Virus record (IMG/VR): IMGVR_UViG_3300046517_002960
Span: 126,217 to 190,216 of that record
DNA length: 64,000 bases
Strand: one strand, 5' to 3'
Source of the DNA: a virus
This document shows, one piece after another, positions 1 to 8,999 of this stretch. The notes beneath the pieces were generated by a model that was not told the DNA's origin, did not search any database, and worked only from the letters and a program-made list of their open reading frames with translations. Positions within the stretch are counted from its first letter, which is position 1. The number at the start of each line of letters is the position of its first letter. The position numbers and the translations under genes were made by a program.

Positions 1-300
1 CGATCCCGGCACGGAAAGGTGGCTGCCGCTGCCCGGGTACGCGGGTTTTACGAAGTGAGCGATCAGGGCCGCGTGTACTCCCTGCCCAGGGCGGCGACAC
101 GCGGGGGCCTGCTCAGGCTGTCCGTAAATTCCCGCGGTTACCGGCACGCGGCGCTGTGCAAGTACGGCCGGGTGCGCGTCATCCCGGCCGGGCGCCTGGT
201 CCTGATGACGTTTGACCGCCCGCCGCGGCCCGGCGAGCGGGCGCTGCACGGCCCCGGCGGGCCGGGAGATGACAGCCGGGCCAACCTGCGGTGGGGGTAG
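1..300 (+). pseudogene. NUMOD4-HNH homing endonuclease, 5' truncated by the window, with a -1 frame break at 43-49
   Basis: Frame from nt 2 reads ERWLPLPGYAGF, then the -1 frame reads FYEVSDQGRVYSL (NUMOD4 motif); HNH-like ALHGPGGPGDDSRANLRWG ends early. Confidence 0.6.
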
Positions 301-534
301 TTTGTGGACATGGCGGCCCGCCTGTGGTGAGGTGAGAGCGTGGACAGCGAGGCCGTCAGGTCCGCGGCGCTGATCGCTGCCTCCTCCGTCGTCCCGCGAG
401 GGACCAGCGCGCCAGACCTGACCCAGTACGCAGGACAGCTGATCCCGTGGATTACCGCAGCCCCGACCGCCGGGCTGGACGTGACCGTGCTCCTGGACGG
501 CACGCTCATCCTGCACAGCTCACACGGAGGAGAA

Positions 535-840
535 ATGGCCTTCACCGCCGCCGTCACCGATACCAGCGTCGTCATCACCGGCACCTGCAAGGACGCCGGG
601 GGCAACGCGACCGGCGAGCAGGTCCGCTGGACTACCGACGACCCGAATGGCACCATCCTGGCCCCGTCCGTCTCCGCCAACTCCGGTACCTGGACCGGCA
701 CGGTCACCGGCACTACCGGTACCGTCAACGTCTCCGCGAACGCCGCGCAGACCGCGGGCGTGCCGCCGTTCCTGGCCCAGGTCACGGTCGGCCCCGGCCC
801 TACCGTCACCATCGAGGGCGATGTGGTCATTAACCACTGA
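535..840 (+). CDS. Small Ig-like beta-sandwich protein
   Basis: GGAGGAG SD before ATG 535; T/V/G-rich beta pattern (VRWTTDD, TGTVNVSA). The ORF-track start at 340 is probably too long. Confidence 0.6.
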   Translation: MAFTAAVTDTSVVITGTCKDAGGNATGEQVRWTTDDPNGTILAPSVSANSGTWTGTVTGTTGTVNVSANAAQTAGVPPFLAQVTVGPGPTVTIEGDVVINH

Positions 841-872
841 CCCGGGCCTGATTCTCCGGCCGGCCGGATTTT

Positions 873-1307
873 TCAGGCAGCTTCCGCCTCATCGCAATCG
901 CATCTCCCTGTGCGCGCCTGCGCCAGGCGGCAGTTGGCGCACAGGACCCGCCAGCCGGGCGGCCAGCCCTGCTTGCGAAGCTGGAACGCCCGGGGGAACC
1001 CGCCGCCGCTATCGCTGCCCGGTTTGTCCCGGCCCGTGCTCACCAGCATGAGCACCACGGCCCGGGACGTGCCGCAGCACTCGCACTGGCTGTCGCCGTA
1101 CACGGCCAGGGCCTCGGCGACGACTTTGGACTGGTAGGTGGCGCACCGCTCGGCGTTGCACGTGCTGCACGCCGCCGCCCGGCCGTCCTTCGCCCGCTTG
1201 TTCACCGGGAAGTCGTCTTCGAGATCCTTGACCAGCCCGCAGCCAGAGCAGCGCTTCATCCCCTCCGGCACCGGCCCGGCTGCGGCGGTATCCGTGACAT
1301 CGGGCAT
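873..1307 (-). CDS. Zn-finger / degenerate HNH-like protein
   Basis: KRCSGC..CSTC, CECCG, WPPGWRVLCANC; lacks the usual DH and N catalytic residues. Confidence 0.65.
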   Translation of the reverse strand: MPDVTDTAAAGPVPEGMKRCSGCGLVKDLEDDFPVNKRAKDGRAAACSTCNAERCATYQSKVVAEALAVYGDSQCECCGTSRAVVLMLVSTGRDKPGSDSGGGFPRAFQLRKQGWPPGWRVLCANCRLAQARTGRCDCDEAEAA

Positions 1308-1384
1308 ATTGTTAGCTTAGCTTATCTGCACTGGCAGGGCATACTGTTAGACGCCCGCCTATACGAAAGTGACCCAGGCCTGTC

Positions 1385-1552
1385 ATGAATGACGCTAATT
1401 ACCGCGAGCTGATCAGCCTGCTGGAACGGATTGCGGACGCCCTGGAACGCATAGCCGCCAAGCTGACTGCTGAGGAAGGCTCACACGGTTCCGGCGCACG
1501 CTTGAAGGGCCTGCCCGATTTGCGCGCCCCGAAAGCGTCTGACGGCGAGTAA
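1385..1552 (+). CDS. Hypothetical 55-aa protein (coiled coil LLERIADALERIA)
   Basis: ATG 1385 to TAA 1552, amphipathic helix pattern. Confidence 0.5.
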   Translation: MNDANYRELISLLERIADALERIAAKLTAEEGSHGSGARLKGLPDLRAPKASDGE

Positions 1553-1561
1553 CCTGGCCCC

Positions 1562-2629
1562 TTACAGCTTCTCGATCAAGCCGAGCAGCCGCTTCGCGTT
1601 GTTCTCGAACGTGCGGTCCGCGACCGCTAGCCGGGCCTTCGCCGCCATTTCCTCCCGCTCGGCGTCATGCGACAGCAGCCAGCGCAGCTTCTCCGACGCG
1701 TCGCCGGGGCCGCTGAACGACGGCAGGATCTTCCCGAACAGCTCGTCAGATTCCGGCCGCGGGTCGCGCAGGAACGGCAGGCCTGTCGCCGCCAGCTCGA
1801 TCTCCCGCGGGCCGCACGCCCAGCCCTGGCCGTCCCAGTCCTCGGTGCCCTCGCGCCGGTAGAAGTTCAGCCCGGCCTTCGCGTGCCGGTACAGCTCGGC
1901 CGCCTGCGGGTTGTCGATGCAGTCCGGTTCGCCCAGCGGAGTGCCCACGTACCGGGCGGCGGGCGAGGCAGGATCCAGCTTGCCCCAGTCGTTCCCGGCC
2001 AGCAGCACGTCCAGCCCGGACAGGTCCATCTGCTCGAAGAACGCGATCCTGGAGGCGAACGCGGTGCCGATGAAGCACAGGTCGCTGGCCAGTTCCGGGT
2101 CGCGCGGCCCGCTCCGCGGATAATGCACCGATGGCCGGAAGGCATGCGGCATGTACTCAGCGGCTGTGACATCGCGGAACGCCTCCAGGTTCGCGGGATC
2201 GTTCAGCAGGGCCAGATCCGCGAATGCAGCCCGCGGCAGCTGTTCATTGTCTTGATACGGCGATTCAGTAAAGTGCATCACGGTCCTGAAGTTACGGCTG
2301 CGCATCAGCTGCATGTACGCCGCGGTCATGTAGAACCCGCTGATCATCAGGACCACGTCTGGCCAGAAGGTCAGCAGCGCGTGCGAGATGCCCTGCAGGG
2401 CCGCCATGAAGACCTGCTCCTGGGACATCGCGTTCCGCACGACCGGCAGTCCCGTCTCGTCCTTCTCGCCTGTGTCGATCAGGGCGTTGGAGTAGAAGAT
2501 GAGGCGGTCATTGAGGTTGTAGATCTGCGCGTCGCAGCCGAGTTCACGCAGTCCCTCGCACCAGCCGACCGCCACGTCATGCACGCTGAAATCGGGTAAA
2601 GGCCCGGGGTGAACGATGAGGACACGCAT
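1562..2629 (-). CDS. Glycosyltransferase (CgeB/DUF3880-like GT-B) with in-frame CCT-TTA-CCC at codons 10-12
   Basis: SDLCFIGT.F.SR, LYRHAKAGLNF.R, GPREIELAATG; 355 aa, high GC3. Confidence 0.85.
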   Translation of the reverse strand: MRVLIVHPGPLPDFSVHDVAVGWCEGLRELGCDAQIYNLNDRLIFYSNALIDTGEKDETGLPVVRNAMSQEQVFMAALQGISHALLTFWPDVVLMISGFYMTAAYMQLMRSRNFRTVMHFTESPYQDNEQLPRAAFADLALLNDPANLEAFRDVTAAEYMPHAFRPSVHYPRSGPRDPELASDLCFIGTAFASRIAFFEQMDLSGLDVLLAGNDWGKLDPASPAARYVGTPLGEPDCIDNPQAAELYRHAKAGLNFYRREGTEDWDGQGWACGPREIELAATGLPFLRDPRPESDELFGKILPSFSGPGDASEKLRWLLSHDAEREEMAAKARLAVADRTFENNAKRLLGLIEKL

Positions 2630-2648
2630 GGGCTGTAACCACCCCCTC

Positions 2649-3080
2649 TTAGATCGCTCCGCAGTTCAGGTTCAGCCGGCACCCGAAGTAAATAATGCCG
2701 CTGTACTCCACGCGCCCGTAGCTGTCGGCGCTGACCGGCTCGCACCATTCCACCTGCCCGCCGAGCGAGGTGTCCTTCAGGATCGCGGCCGGGATGGACT
2801 GGCCGGACCCGTCGCCGTGGTCGATGCCGAGGTAAGCGTCCAGCGCCCGCTGGGAGGCGTCGACCGGCGCCGCGTCGGTGATCAGGATCAGCACCATCAG
2901 GTTGAGCGTGAAGGTCTCGTCCATGGTGGAGCCGTACTGCAGGAACGGGCCGGCCCGGCCGGGCAGCACGACGGCGCACGGCGGGGTGACCTGATCCCGG
3001 GCCTGCCCCATCGCGCGCAGCCCGGTGTGCGCGGTGATCTGCGCGGCCAGCGCGTTGGTGACGGCAACCAGGTCCGCGAT
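2649..3080 (-). CDS. Tail terminator / tail-completion-like protein with probable non-canonical ATC start
   Basis: ALAAQI..PPCAVVLP..FTLNLMVLI..ALDAYL..IPAAILKDTSLGG resembles actinophage terminator-like proteins; TAATC overlap with the upstream stop. Confidence 0.6.
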   Translation of the reverse strand: MADLVAVTNALAAQITAHTGLRAMGQARDQVTPPCAVVLPGRAGPFLQYGSTMDETFTLNLMVLILITDAAPVDASQRALDAYLGIDHGDGSGQSIPAAILKDTSLGGQVEWCEPVSADSYGRVEYSGIIYFGCRLNLNCGAI

Positions 3081-3295
3081 TACTCCTCGCCCCCGTCCCA
3101 CTCCCAGCCGCAGCCGCTGAGGCCGGCCCCGGCTCCCGGGACGGGATGCCAGTACAGGTGCACGGCCAGCGCCGTCAGCAGCGCGGGCGCGAGCACCCGG
3201 TGCCGCTGGCAGAGCCGGGTGACGGTCGGCAGCCTCCCGGTGGCGATCGCCGCGACCTCGTACCCGCAGATCGCTGCGGCGGCCCACTTAGCCAC
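3080..3295 (-). CDS. Hypothetical membrane-associated protein
   Basis: GTG start coupled to neighbours; hydrophobic LAPALLTALAVHLYW. Confidence 0.55.
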   Translation of the reverse strand: MAKWAAAAICGYEVAAIATGRLPTVTRLCQRHRVLAPALLTALAVHLYWHPVPGAGAGLSGCGWEWDGGEE

Positions 3296-3557
3296 CAGGG
3301 GCCTCGCAGGCGCAGCCAGGCCCGTGCACCATGACCCCGGTGACCGACCGGTAGCAGGCAGGCGCAGGCACGAAATCGTCCTCCGGGCCGGTCTCCCAGG
3401 TCATGAACCCGGTATGCCGGAAGCCGGCGCGCTTCAGCTCCCGCACGGTCCGCGGCCACGTGATGAACTCGCGTACCTGCCAGCAGGCGTACAGCCACAG
3501 CGGCACGGTACGGTCCGGCGGCGCGGGACATCCGCTGCTGCACGCGCGGTCACCCAT
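3288..3557 (-). CDS. Hypothetical protein
   Basis: Overlapping start/stop coupling, high GC3. Confidence 0.55.
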   Translation of the reverse strand: MGDRACSSGCPAPPDRTVPLWLYACWQVREFITWPRTVRELKRAGFRHTGFMTWETGPEDDFVPAPACYRSVTGVMVHGPGCACEAPGG

Positions 3558-3834
3558 AGCCAGCCACTGCCCCGGGCCTGGCCCAGCCGTCCGGCGGGTC
3601 CGTCACCCAGTCCGCGGGGTCCCGGCCGGCGTTCGGGCAGCCGCCGCCGTGGCCGCCCCCGCCCTGGGCGTAGCAGACGCCGCACTCCGGGATCCCGGTG
3701 AGGCTGCCGGTGCCGCCCGGGCCGACCTGCCCGTGATCCGGGTCGTCGTACGCGTACGGCGCCGGGCTCAGCGGGCCTGCCGCGATCGGCCCCGGATCCG
3801 GCGGGCTGCCCCGGCGCTTGCGCGGCGGGCTCAC
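3550..3834 (-). CDS. Gly/Pro/Asp-rich protein with CxxC..H..C motif
   Basis: IPECGVCYAQGGGGHGGGCPN; GTGA coupling. Confidence 0.6.
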   Translation of the reverse strand: MSPPRKRRGSPPDPGPIAAGPLSPAPYAYDDPDHGQVGPGGTGSLTGIPECGVCYAQGGGGHGGGCPNAGRDPADWVTDPPDGWARPGAVAGYG

Positions 3835-4064
3835 TTACCCGGCTTCCTGCCCGCGGCCTTCTTCTTGCCCGCGGCCACGGGCTTGCCGGCAGCTGCCACG
3901 GGCTTGCCGGCAGCGGGGACGGGCTTGCCAGGCGCGGGCTTGCCGAAGGGCGCCGCCTGCTTGCCGCTGAATGGCAATGCCTTGCCGTCCGGGGGTGCTT
4001 TCGCCGGGGTCTTGTCCCGGGCCTTGCCCTTGGGCTTGGCGGGCGGGGGCTTGCTCGTCGCCAT
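3831..4064 (-). CDS. Lys/Pro/Ala-rich basic (histone-like) protein
   Basis: GKPVPAAGKPVAAAGKPVAAGKKK repeats; GAGGAGG SD. Confidence 0.7.
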   Translation of the reverse strand: MATSKPPPAKPKGKARDKTPAKAPPDGKALPFSGKQAAPFGKPAPGKPVPAAGKPVAAAGKPVAAGKKKAAGRKPGK

Positions 4065-4118
4065 GGATCCTCCTCATCGGTTACTGCGGGGCTCCCTCGC
4101 AGCAGTTATCGCAGCGCA

Positions 4119-4766
4119 CTACTCCCCCTCCCACTCCAGCCACCAGGCCTCCTCCGGGGCGCCGCGCCAGGGCAGCAGCGCGCACCACGGCACCAGCAGG
4201 CCCCAGGAGATCGCCCCGGCTCCGTCCGGGTGCGCGAGGACGGCATGGTAGCCCTGCGGCAGGCTCAGCCCGTAGACCAGGCCGGGGGCCTCGGTGTCCG
4301 GGTCGCACCGCTCGAAGTGGGCTAGTTTCTCCCCGGTCCCGGGAAATCCTTCCGCCCGGACGTACTCGAGCAGGTCAGCCATGGTCGCGGCCTGGACTGA
4401 TTTCCAGAGCTCGAGCACGGAGTCGTCCGCTACCCAGGTTCCGGTGAACGCGGCCAGGTGGGCGGCGACCGCGACGGGGCCGCAGACGGGCAGCGCGTGA
4501 AGATCCAGGGCCTTACCGGGCCTGACGCCGTACCGGGTCCAGGTGTCCGGGGCCGGGGCCTTCGGCTTCTTCGCCGCCTTGTACGCCTTGCCCTGGGCGC
4601 GCAGGTGCGTCGCGGTCCGCGCCTTGGCCAGGTTCCGGCGGGACGCGGCCAGCTGCTTCTCCGTCCGCGGCCGGCCCTTCAGCGCCTTCCGGGCCTTGAC
4701 CAGGTTGCCCCGGTCGGCGGCCAGCTGCTTGCCGGTGATGTGCGATCCCCGTGCCCTGGCTGTCAC
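4119..4766 (-). CDS. Basic-repeat protein with C-terminal C39-like peptidase fold
   Basis: Two KQLAA..RNL.KAR repeats; CGPVAVAAHL and YHAVL (putative Cys-His dyad). Confidence 0.55.
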   Translation of the reverse strand: MTARARGSHITGKQLAADRGNLVKARKALKGRPRTEKQLAASRRNLAKARTATHLRAQGKAYKAAKKPKAPAPDTWTRYGVRPGKALDLHALPVCGPVAVAAHLAAFTGTWVADDSVLELWKSVQAATMADLLEYVRAEGFPGTGEKLAHFERCDPDTEAPGLVYGLSLPQGYHAVLAHPDGAGAISWGLLVPWCALLPWRGAPEEAWWLEWEGE

Positions 4767-4769
4767 GTC

Positions 4770-4940
4770 TCACCACCTGAATTCGAAGCGCCGGTATCCG
4801 AGGGTGATCAGCACGCCGGGCCGCTCGCCGCGATGCAGCGGGTAGATCATCCAGACCGGCCAGGCGTCCGGGTCGGCCCGGTTCACGTGCAGCTTCAGCC
4901 GCCTGCCCAGGGTCCAGGTGCGGTACGGGGTGGCGGCCAT
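4770..4940 (-). CDS. Hypothetical protein
   Basis: TGATG coupling, 56 aa. Confidence 0.5.
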   Translation of the reverse strand: MAATPYRTWTLGRRLKLHVNRADPDAWPVWMIYPLHRGERPGVLITLGYRRFEFRW

Positions 4941-5110
4941 CAGGGCAGCTCCCATCGGCGGTCCCGGCGGCCCTCGGCTATGCGGGCGGCCCGTTCAAAC
5001 GCTCCGTTCCGCCCGCATAGCCAGCAGGATGGCCGGGGAAGCGGCCAGGGATGTTCCGGGCACGGCCGCTGCTGCGCGCGGATGGCAGCCGCGATTTCCC
5101 GGCCGGTCAC
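4940..5110 (-). CDS. Hypothetical Zn-binding protein
   Basis: CPEH..CWLC; GTGA coupling. Confidence 0.5.
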   Translation of the reverse strand: MTGREIAAAIRAQQRPCPEHPWPLPRPSCWLCGRNGAFERAARIAEGRRDRRWELP

Positions 5111-5198
5111 CGGCTCCGCCCCCCGCGGACCGCGCCGCTGGCCTTCGGGATGATCACCGGGACCAGCGCGGAGCAGTTGACGGTGGTCAGGACGAACA

Positions 5199-6143
5199 TC
5201 ACACGCCCACCGCCCTGGCACTGACGTACGGCCGCAGCTGCTCGATGATCCACGGGTTGGCATTCGCGCGGATTACACCGAGGTCGCTGACCCCGGCAAC
5301 GCCAAATGGCGCATCCTTGTACTTGAAGACGTCCGCGGCCAGCATCCGGCAGGCCTCGCTGACCGCCCACGGTATGGCCGGCCAGCCCCACGGGCCGGTG
5401 ATCTGCACCCGGTTCAGGTTCGAGTAGGGCCAGGTCAGCGGCAGCCACTTCCCGCCGCCGATGACCTGCAGCTGCCGGAACGGCCGGGCGATCCCGGTGG
5501 GGCTGCGGTTGAACTGGCCGTCGCCGTAACGCAGCACGTAGTCGGTGCCCCGGGTCCAGGCCTGCTCCCAGGCGCCGTCGCCGTCCTGGTCGACCTTCAC
5601 CGTGATGGACGGGTCATCAGCCAGGTCATCGATCTCGAGCAGCCACATGCCGGACGGCTGGAACGTCCGGGCTTCGGTGACGCGGTTGAAGTGCCGGCCG
5701 CAGACTTCGTTAATCCAGCCGGTGGCCGCGGCGATGGCGTTCTGCAGCGCGTAGTCCTCATCCGGCTCATCGATGCCCAGCCGGTCCTTCATCTCCTCCA
5801 GGCCGCAGTACCACAGCTGGGAACCGCCGGCCGGGAGGACCCGCCAGGTGCCCGGCTGGACGTCGCTGACCACCCCGGTGCCGATCCACTCGTACCCCCA
5901 CAGCCCGTCCACCCCGGCGACCGAGGGCGAGCACGGCACCGACAGGGTGTACTTGCCGGTCATCACCTTGACGATGTCGGCCGGGCTCACGCCGGCGTAG
6001 GTGTGGGTGACCGACAGCCCGGACGCCTCGGTCACGGCGCAGGAGACCGTGGTCGGGTCCGCGGGGGTGCCGCTGGCGCCCGCGAATGACGCCGACAGCA
6101 CGGCGATCTCGTTGACGTTGTCGTAGAAGCAGGTCGCGGTCAC
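5199..6143 (-). CDS. Head-to-tail adaptor (gp15/gp6-like) with N-terminal Ig-like extension
   Basis: YCGLEEMKDRLGIDE..AAATGWINEVCGRHF..WGWPAIPWAVSEACRMLAADVFKYKDAPFGVAG. Confidence 0.85.
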   Translation of the reverse strand: MTATCFYDNVNEIAVLSASFAGASGTPADPTTVSCAVTEASGLSVTHTYAGVSPADIVKVMTGKYTLSVPCSPSVAGVDGLWGYEWIGTGVVSDVQPGTWRVLPAGGSQLWYCGLEEMKDRLGIDEPDEDYALQNAIAAATGWINEVCGRHFNRVTEARTFQPSGMWLLEIDDLADDPSITVKVDQDGDGAWEQAWTRGTDYVLRYGDGQFNRSPTGIARPFRQLQVIGGGKWLPLTWPYSNLNRVQITGPWGWPAIPWAVSEACRMLAADVFKYKDAPFGVAGVSDLGVIRANANPWIIEQLRPYVSARAVGV

Positions 6144-6288
6144 GGCATCGGCGGCGGGCGGTCAATGCGCTGCCCATCACGACGACCTGGCCCTGCGGCC
6201 CGCTGCCACTAGCTTACGGCGGCGCGCTGATCAGGGATAGCTCCGGGAGTTCCGGGACGCATCCTCCGGGCCGCGGCCGGGTGCCAGG

Positions 6289-6504
6289 TCAGGGGTAGCT
6301 GCCCTTCATGACGCCGTCTACCCGCAGGTGCACTGCGGCGGGCAGCGGCCCGTCCCAGCGGACCTGCGCGACCCGGCGGCCGTCCGCGGCCCAGTCCAGG
6401 TAGGCGTCCCTCCAGCCGGCGCCGGGTGTTTCCAGCTCGATCACGGCGAGCTCGGGTCCGTCGTACGGCACCCGGAGCCACCCGTCTTCTACTACCGGCC
6501 TCAT
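6289..6504 (-). CDS. Hypothetical virion-cluster protein
   Basis: GAGGAG SD; WRDAYLDW motif; high GC3. Confidence 0.6.
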   Translation of the reverse strand: MRPVVEDGWLRVPYDGPELAVIELETPGAGWRDAYLDWAADGRRVAQVRWDGPLPAAVHLRVDGVMKGSYP

Positions 6505-6551
6505 CGCGGCTCCTCAAGCACGTGAGAACCCTCAATCCGAAAAGTTGTAAT

Positions 6552-6908
6552 TCAGGTAATCGTGAGCGTATCCACTTTCCTGATGATGTTCTCCGACGCG
6601 GTCCTGACCAGTATCCACACCTGGTAGCTGCCTGCTGCCAGCGACGCCAGGTCCCCGGGCGAGACCCCGGATCCGCCCGGGCCGATCTTGGTCACCACGT
6701 CGACCTGACCGGCGACGGCCAGCGGCGGCTTCGGCGTGATCGTGCCGTCTACCAGCTGCACGGTGGTGAACTGGCTGACAGCGGGAATCGTGTTCGGACT
6801 GGTATTGACGAAGATGCCGACCGAGGTGATGTCGCTGACCGCGCCGCGGCTGATGGTGAGGGTGTTGGCGATGTACTCGGTGGCGGTGCTGTAGAGCGTG
6901 GCGCTCAT
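6552..6908 (-). CDS. Ig-like virion structural protein
   Basis: MSATLYSTATEYI..LAAGSYQVWILVRTASENIIRKVDTLTI. Confidence 0.65.
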   Translation of the reverse strand: MSATLYSTATEYIANTLTISRGAVSDITSVGIFVNTSPNTIPAVSQFTTVQLVDGTITPKPPLAVAGQVDVVTKIGPGGSGVSPGDLASLAAGSYQVWILVRTASENIIRKVDTLTIT

Positions 6909-6909
6909 T

Positions 6910-8406
6910 TCAGGGGCTCCTGTCTGCGGTAACCGGGCCGGCGTGCGTCCCGTCGTCGTCGGTGAGGCCGGCCGCGGGGACTTGCGCCCGCGAAGCTGTC
7001 GGCCCGGCGGTGACGCTGATGTCGACCTGGGTGAACACGGGCGGCCAGGCTGCCGCCGCCGCGGCTGCCGCGGCCGGGTGCGCCAGGGTCGTGCCCGGGG
7101 CAGTGACGGCCGGCGCGGGTGCCAGCCCGGCGGCTGTCGCGGTGGCCGGCTGGGCCTGGCTGGCGGGCGTGACCTCGACATCGACCCAGTAGACCTGCGT
7201 CGATCCGGCCGAGGGGCTGGCTACGGGCGCGAACAGGTACGGGTACCGGTCCGGCGGCCCCTGGGAGAACGTGGGCTGGCCGGCCTGGGTGGTCCCGTTC
7301 TGGAACGGGGGCGTGGCCCCGCCCGCGCTGCCGTCGTAGGTGTAAGCCGTGGACGCGCCCGCCAGGTTCGGCGCGGACAGCGGCCCCCAGGTGATCCCGC
7401 CGCCGCCTTCCCCGCCGCGGAAGTAGTCGGTATTGGCGTCTTTCGGCGACCAGCCGTCCGGGACGGAGGCCGCGTTGTAGACCGACACCTTGTACTTCCC
7501 GGCAGGCAGGACGGTCCCGGAGAACGAGCAGGACACCCAGCCGGACCCGGCCGCGCCGGACCAGGAGGGGGAGGCAGCCTGCGCGGTCAGCGTCCCGGTC
7601 GTCCCCGTCCCGGTGATGTGCCAGACGCTCGCCGCGGTGGCCAGCTGCGCGGTGCCTGGCGGGCTGTAATACCACACCTTGTTCAGCGCGCAGGACTGGG
7701 ACAGGGCGAATTCGGTGGCGACGTCGTAGTTGACCGCGGCGTCCTGCACGGTGGCGGGGTTGGCGTCGTACTTGTTCGGCCAGAGCCGGTAGGGGCCGCC
7801 GTACCCGGCCGGGCCGGTGTCGCTGACCGAGACGTCCATCCAGAAATTCGCGGAGTTGGATCCGCTGGCCGGCATGATCAGCGCCGGGTCATTGCCGGCG
7901 GTGGAGAAGCAGCCCTGCGCGGTGCCGTACGGCTCGGGTTTCGTGCCGCCGCCGCCGACGCCGTCGCTGAACGCCGTCAGCGGCCCGTTCGTGATCCCCG
8001 CGGTGTGCCCGCCCGTGCCGTAGCTGCCGCTTGCCCCGGTGCCGGCTCCGGTCGTGTCGGAATCGGGGAAGCCCGTTGCTGTCCACCCGGTGCACGCGCA
8101 GTAGCCGGTGCCGATGGCCAGCGGGACCGGGGTGCCGAGCGTGACCTGGTTCCAGCTCCCGGCCGTCAGCGTGCCCGAGGTGACGGTGGCCGCGCTGATC
8201 AGCGTGCCGGTCCCGGCGCCGCGGATCGCCCATAGCGCGAACTTGCGGGCGGTCGTGTCACCTCCGGCCGGGACCCAGTGCCAGTACCCGGTGAGCCACA
8301 TGCCGCCGGAGGTGACCTTGAACAGGACCCCGGCCAGGAAATTCCCGGTGTAAGCGACCGGGGCGGACGGCCCGTTCGTGGCGGGGAACAGCCGGTACGT
8401 GGTCAT
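6910..8406 (-). CDS. Virion protein with two DUF4082-like domains and Ala-rich tail
   Basis: YRLFP..GVLFKVT..WNQVTL; VATEFALS..VWYY..WVSCSF; NFWMDVSV and YWVDVEV. Confidence 0.75.
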   Translation of the reverse strand: MTTYRLFPATNGPSAPVAYTGNFLAGVLFKVTSGGMWLTGYWHWVPAGGDTTARKFALWAIRGAGTGTLISAATVTSGTLTAGSWNQVTLGTPVPLAIGTGYCACTGWTATGFPDSDTTGAGTGASGSYGTGGHTAGITNGPLTAFSDGVGGGGTKPEPYGTAQGCFSTAGNDPALIMPASGSNSANFWMDVSVSDTGPAGYGGPYRLWPNKYDANPATVQDAAVNYDVATEFALSQSCALNKVWYYSPPGTAQLATAASVWHITGTGTTGTLTAQAASPSWSGAAGSGWVSCSFSGTVLPAGKYKVSVYNAASVPDGWSPKDANTDYFRGGEGGGGITWGPLSAPNLAGASTAYTYDGSAGGATPPFQNGTTQAGQPTFSQGPPDRYPYLFAPVASPSAGSTQVYWVDVEVTPASQAQPATATAAGLAPAPAVTAPGTTLAHPAAAAAAAAAWPPVFTQVDISVTAGPTASRAQVPAAGLTDDDGTHAGPVTADRSP

Positions 8407-8999
8407 CAGGAGGCTCCTGCCATCATCGACTCCCGGGTGAGCACGCCGCTGGCCCCGGTTCCGTCGCCCTGGGTCGGCCCGGCCCGCGTCCCGTCGCCTG
8501 CCGTGTCCCCCGCGGACAGGACCTGGGCGCGGGAGACGGTCGGGCCGGCGAGCACGGTGATGTCGGCCTGGTTCCGGCCGCGCGGTCCGCTCGCATCCGG
8601 GGCCGTGCCCGCGGCGGTGGCAGCGCCCGCGACCGGGGCCGCGAACGGGATCCCGGACGGCACGTAGGTCACCGACAGCGCGGCGTAGTCCACGGAGACC
8701 GTCGTGCCGGACGGTGCCGATCCCGGGCTGGCGAAGATCTGCAGCTGAAGCCAGTACAGCGCGGCCCAGGACGGCGCCGGGAACGTCACCTGGTCGCTGT
8801 GCGCGGGCGACGTGCTCGCCGTGCCCGTGGTGGTGCCGAGCAGCGCGCCGGTCTTGCCGTCGTGCAGCTCGTAGCCCAGCGGCCCGGCCGTGATGCCGGA
8901 TGCCCAGCAGTTCACGGTCGCGGTAACGGAGTCGACCTGATCGGACGGCCCGGGACCGGTGACCCGGAACCCGGACAATACCAGTGCGGGGGAGGTCAC
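8406..8999 (-). CDS. Virion beta-sandwich protein, paralog of the N-terminus of 8996..10678
   Basis: SPAL.LSGF.VTGP..D..DSVTA.V..FPAPSW..SVDYAAL.V.YVP.GIP shared by both. Confidence 0.7.
   Translation of the reverse strand: MTSPALVLSGFRVTGPGPSDQVDSVTATVNCWASGITAGPLGYELHDGKTGALLGTTTGTASTSPAHSDQVTFPAPSWAALYWLQLQIFASPGSAPSGTTVSVDYAALSVTYVPSGIPFAAPVAGAATAAGTAPDASGPRGRNQADITVLAGPTVSRAQVLSAGDTAGDGTRAGPTQGDGTGASGVLTRESMMAGAS

Noticed and set aside
340-534. N-terminal extension of the Ig-like ORF from 340
   Set aside because: A strong GGAGGAG SD at ATG 535 and a different composition suggest the extension is not part of the protein.
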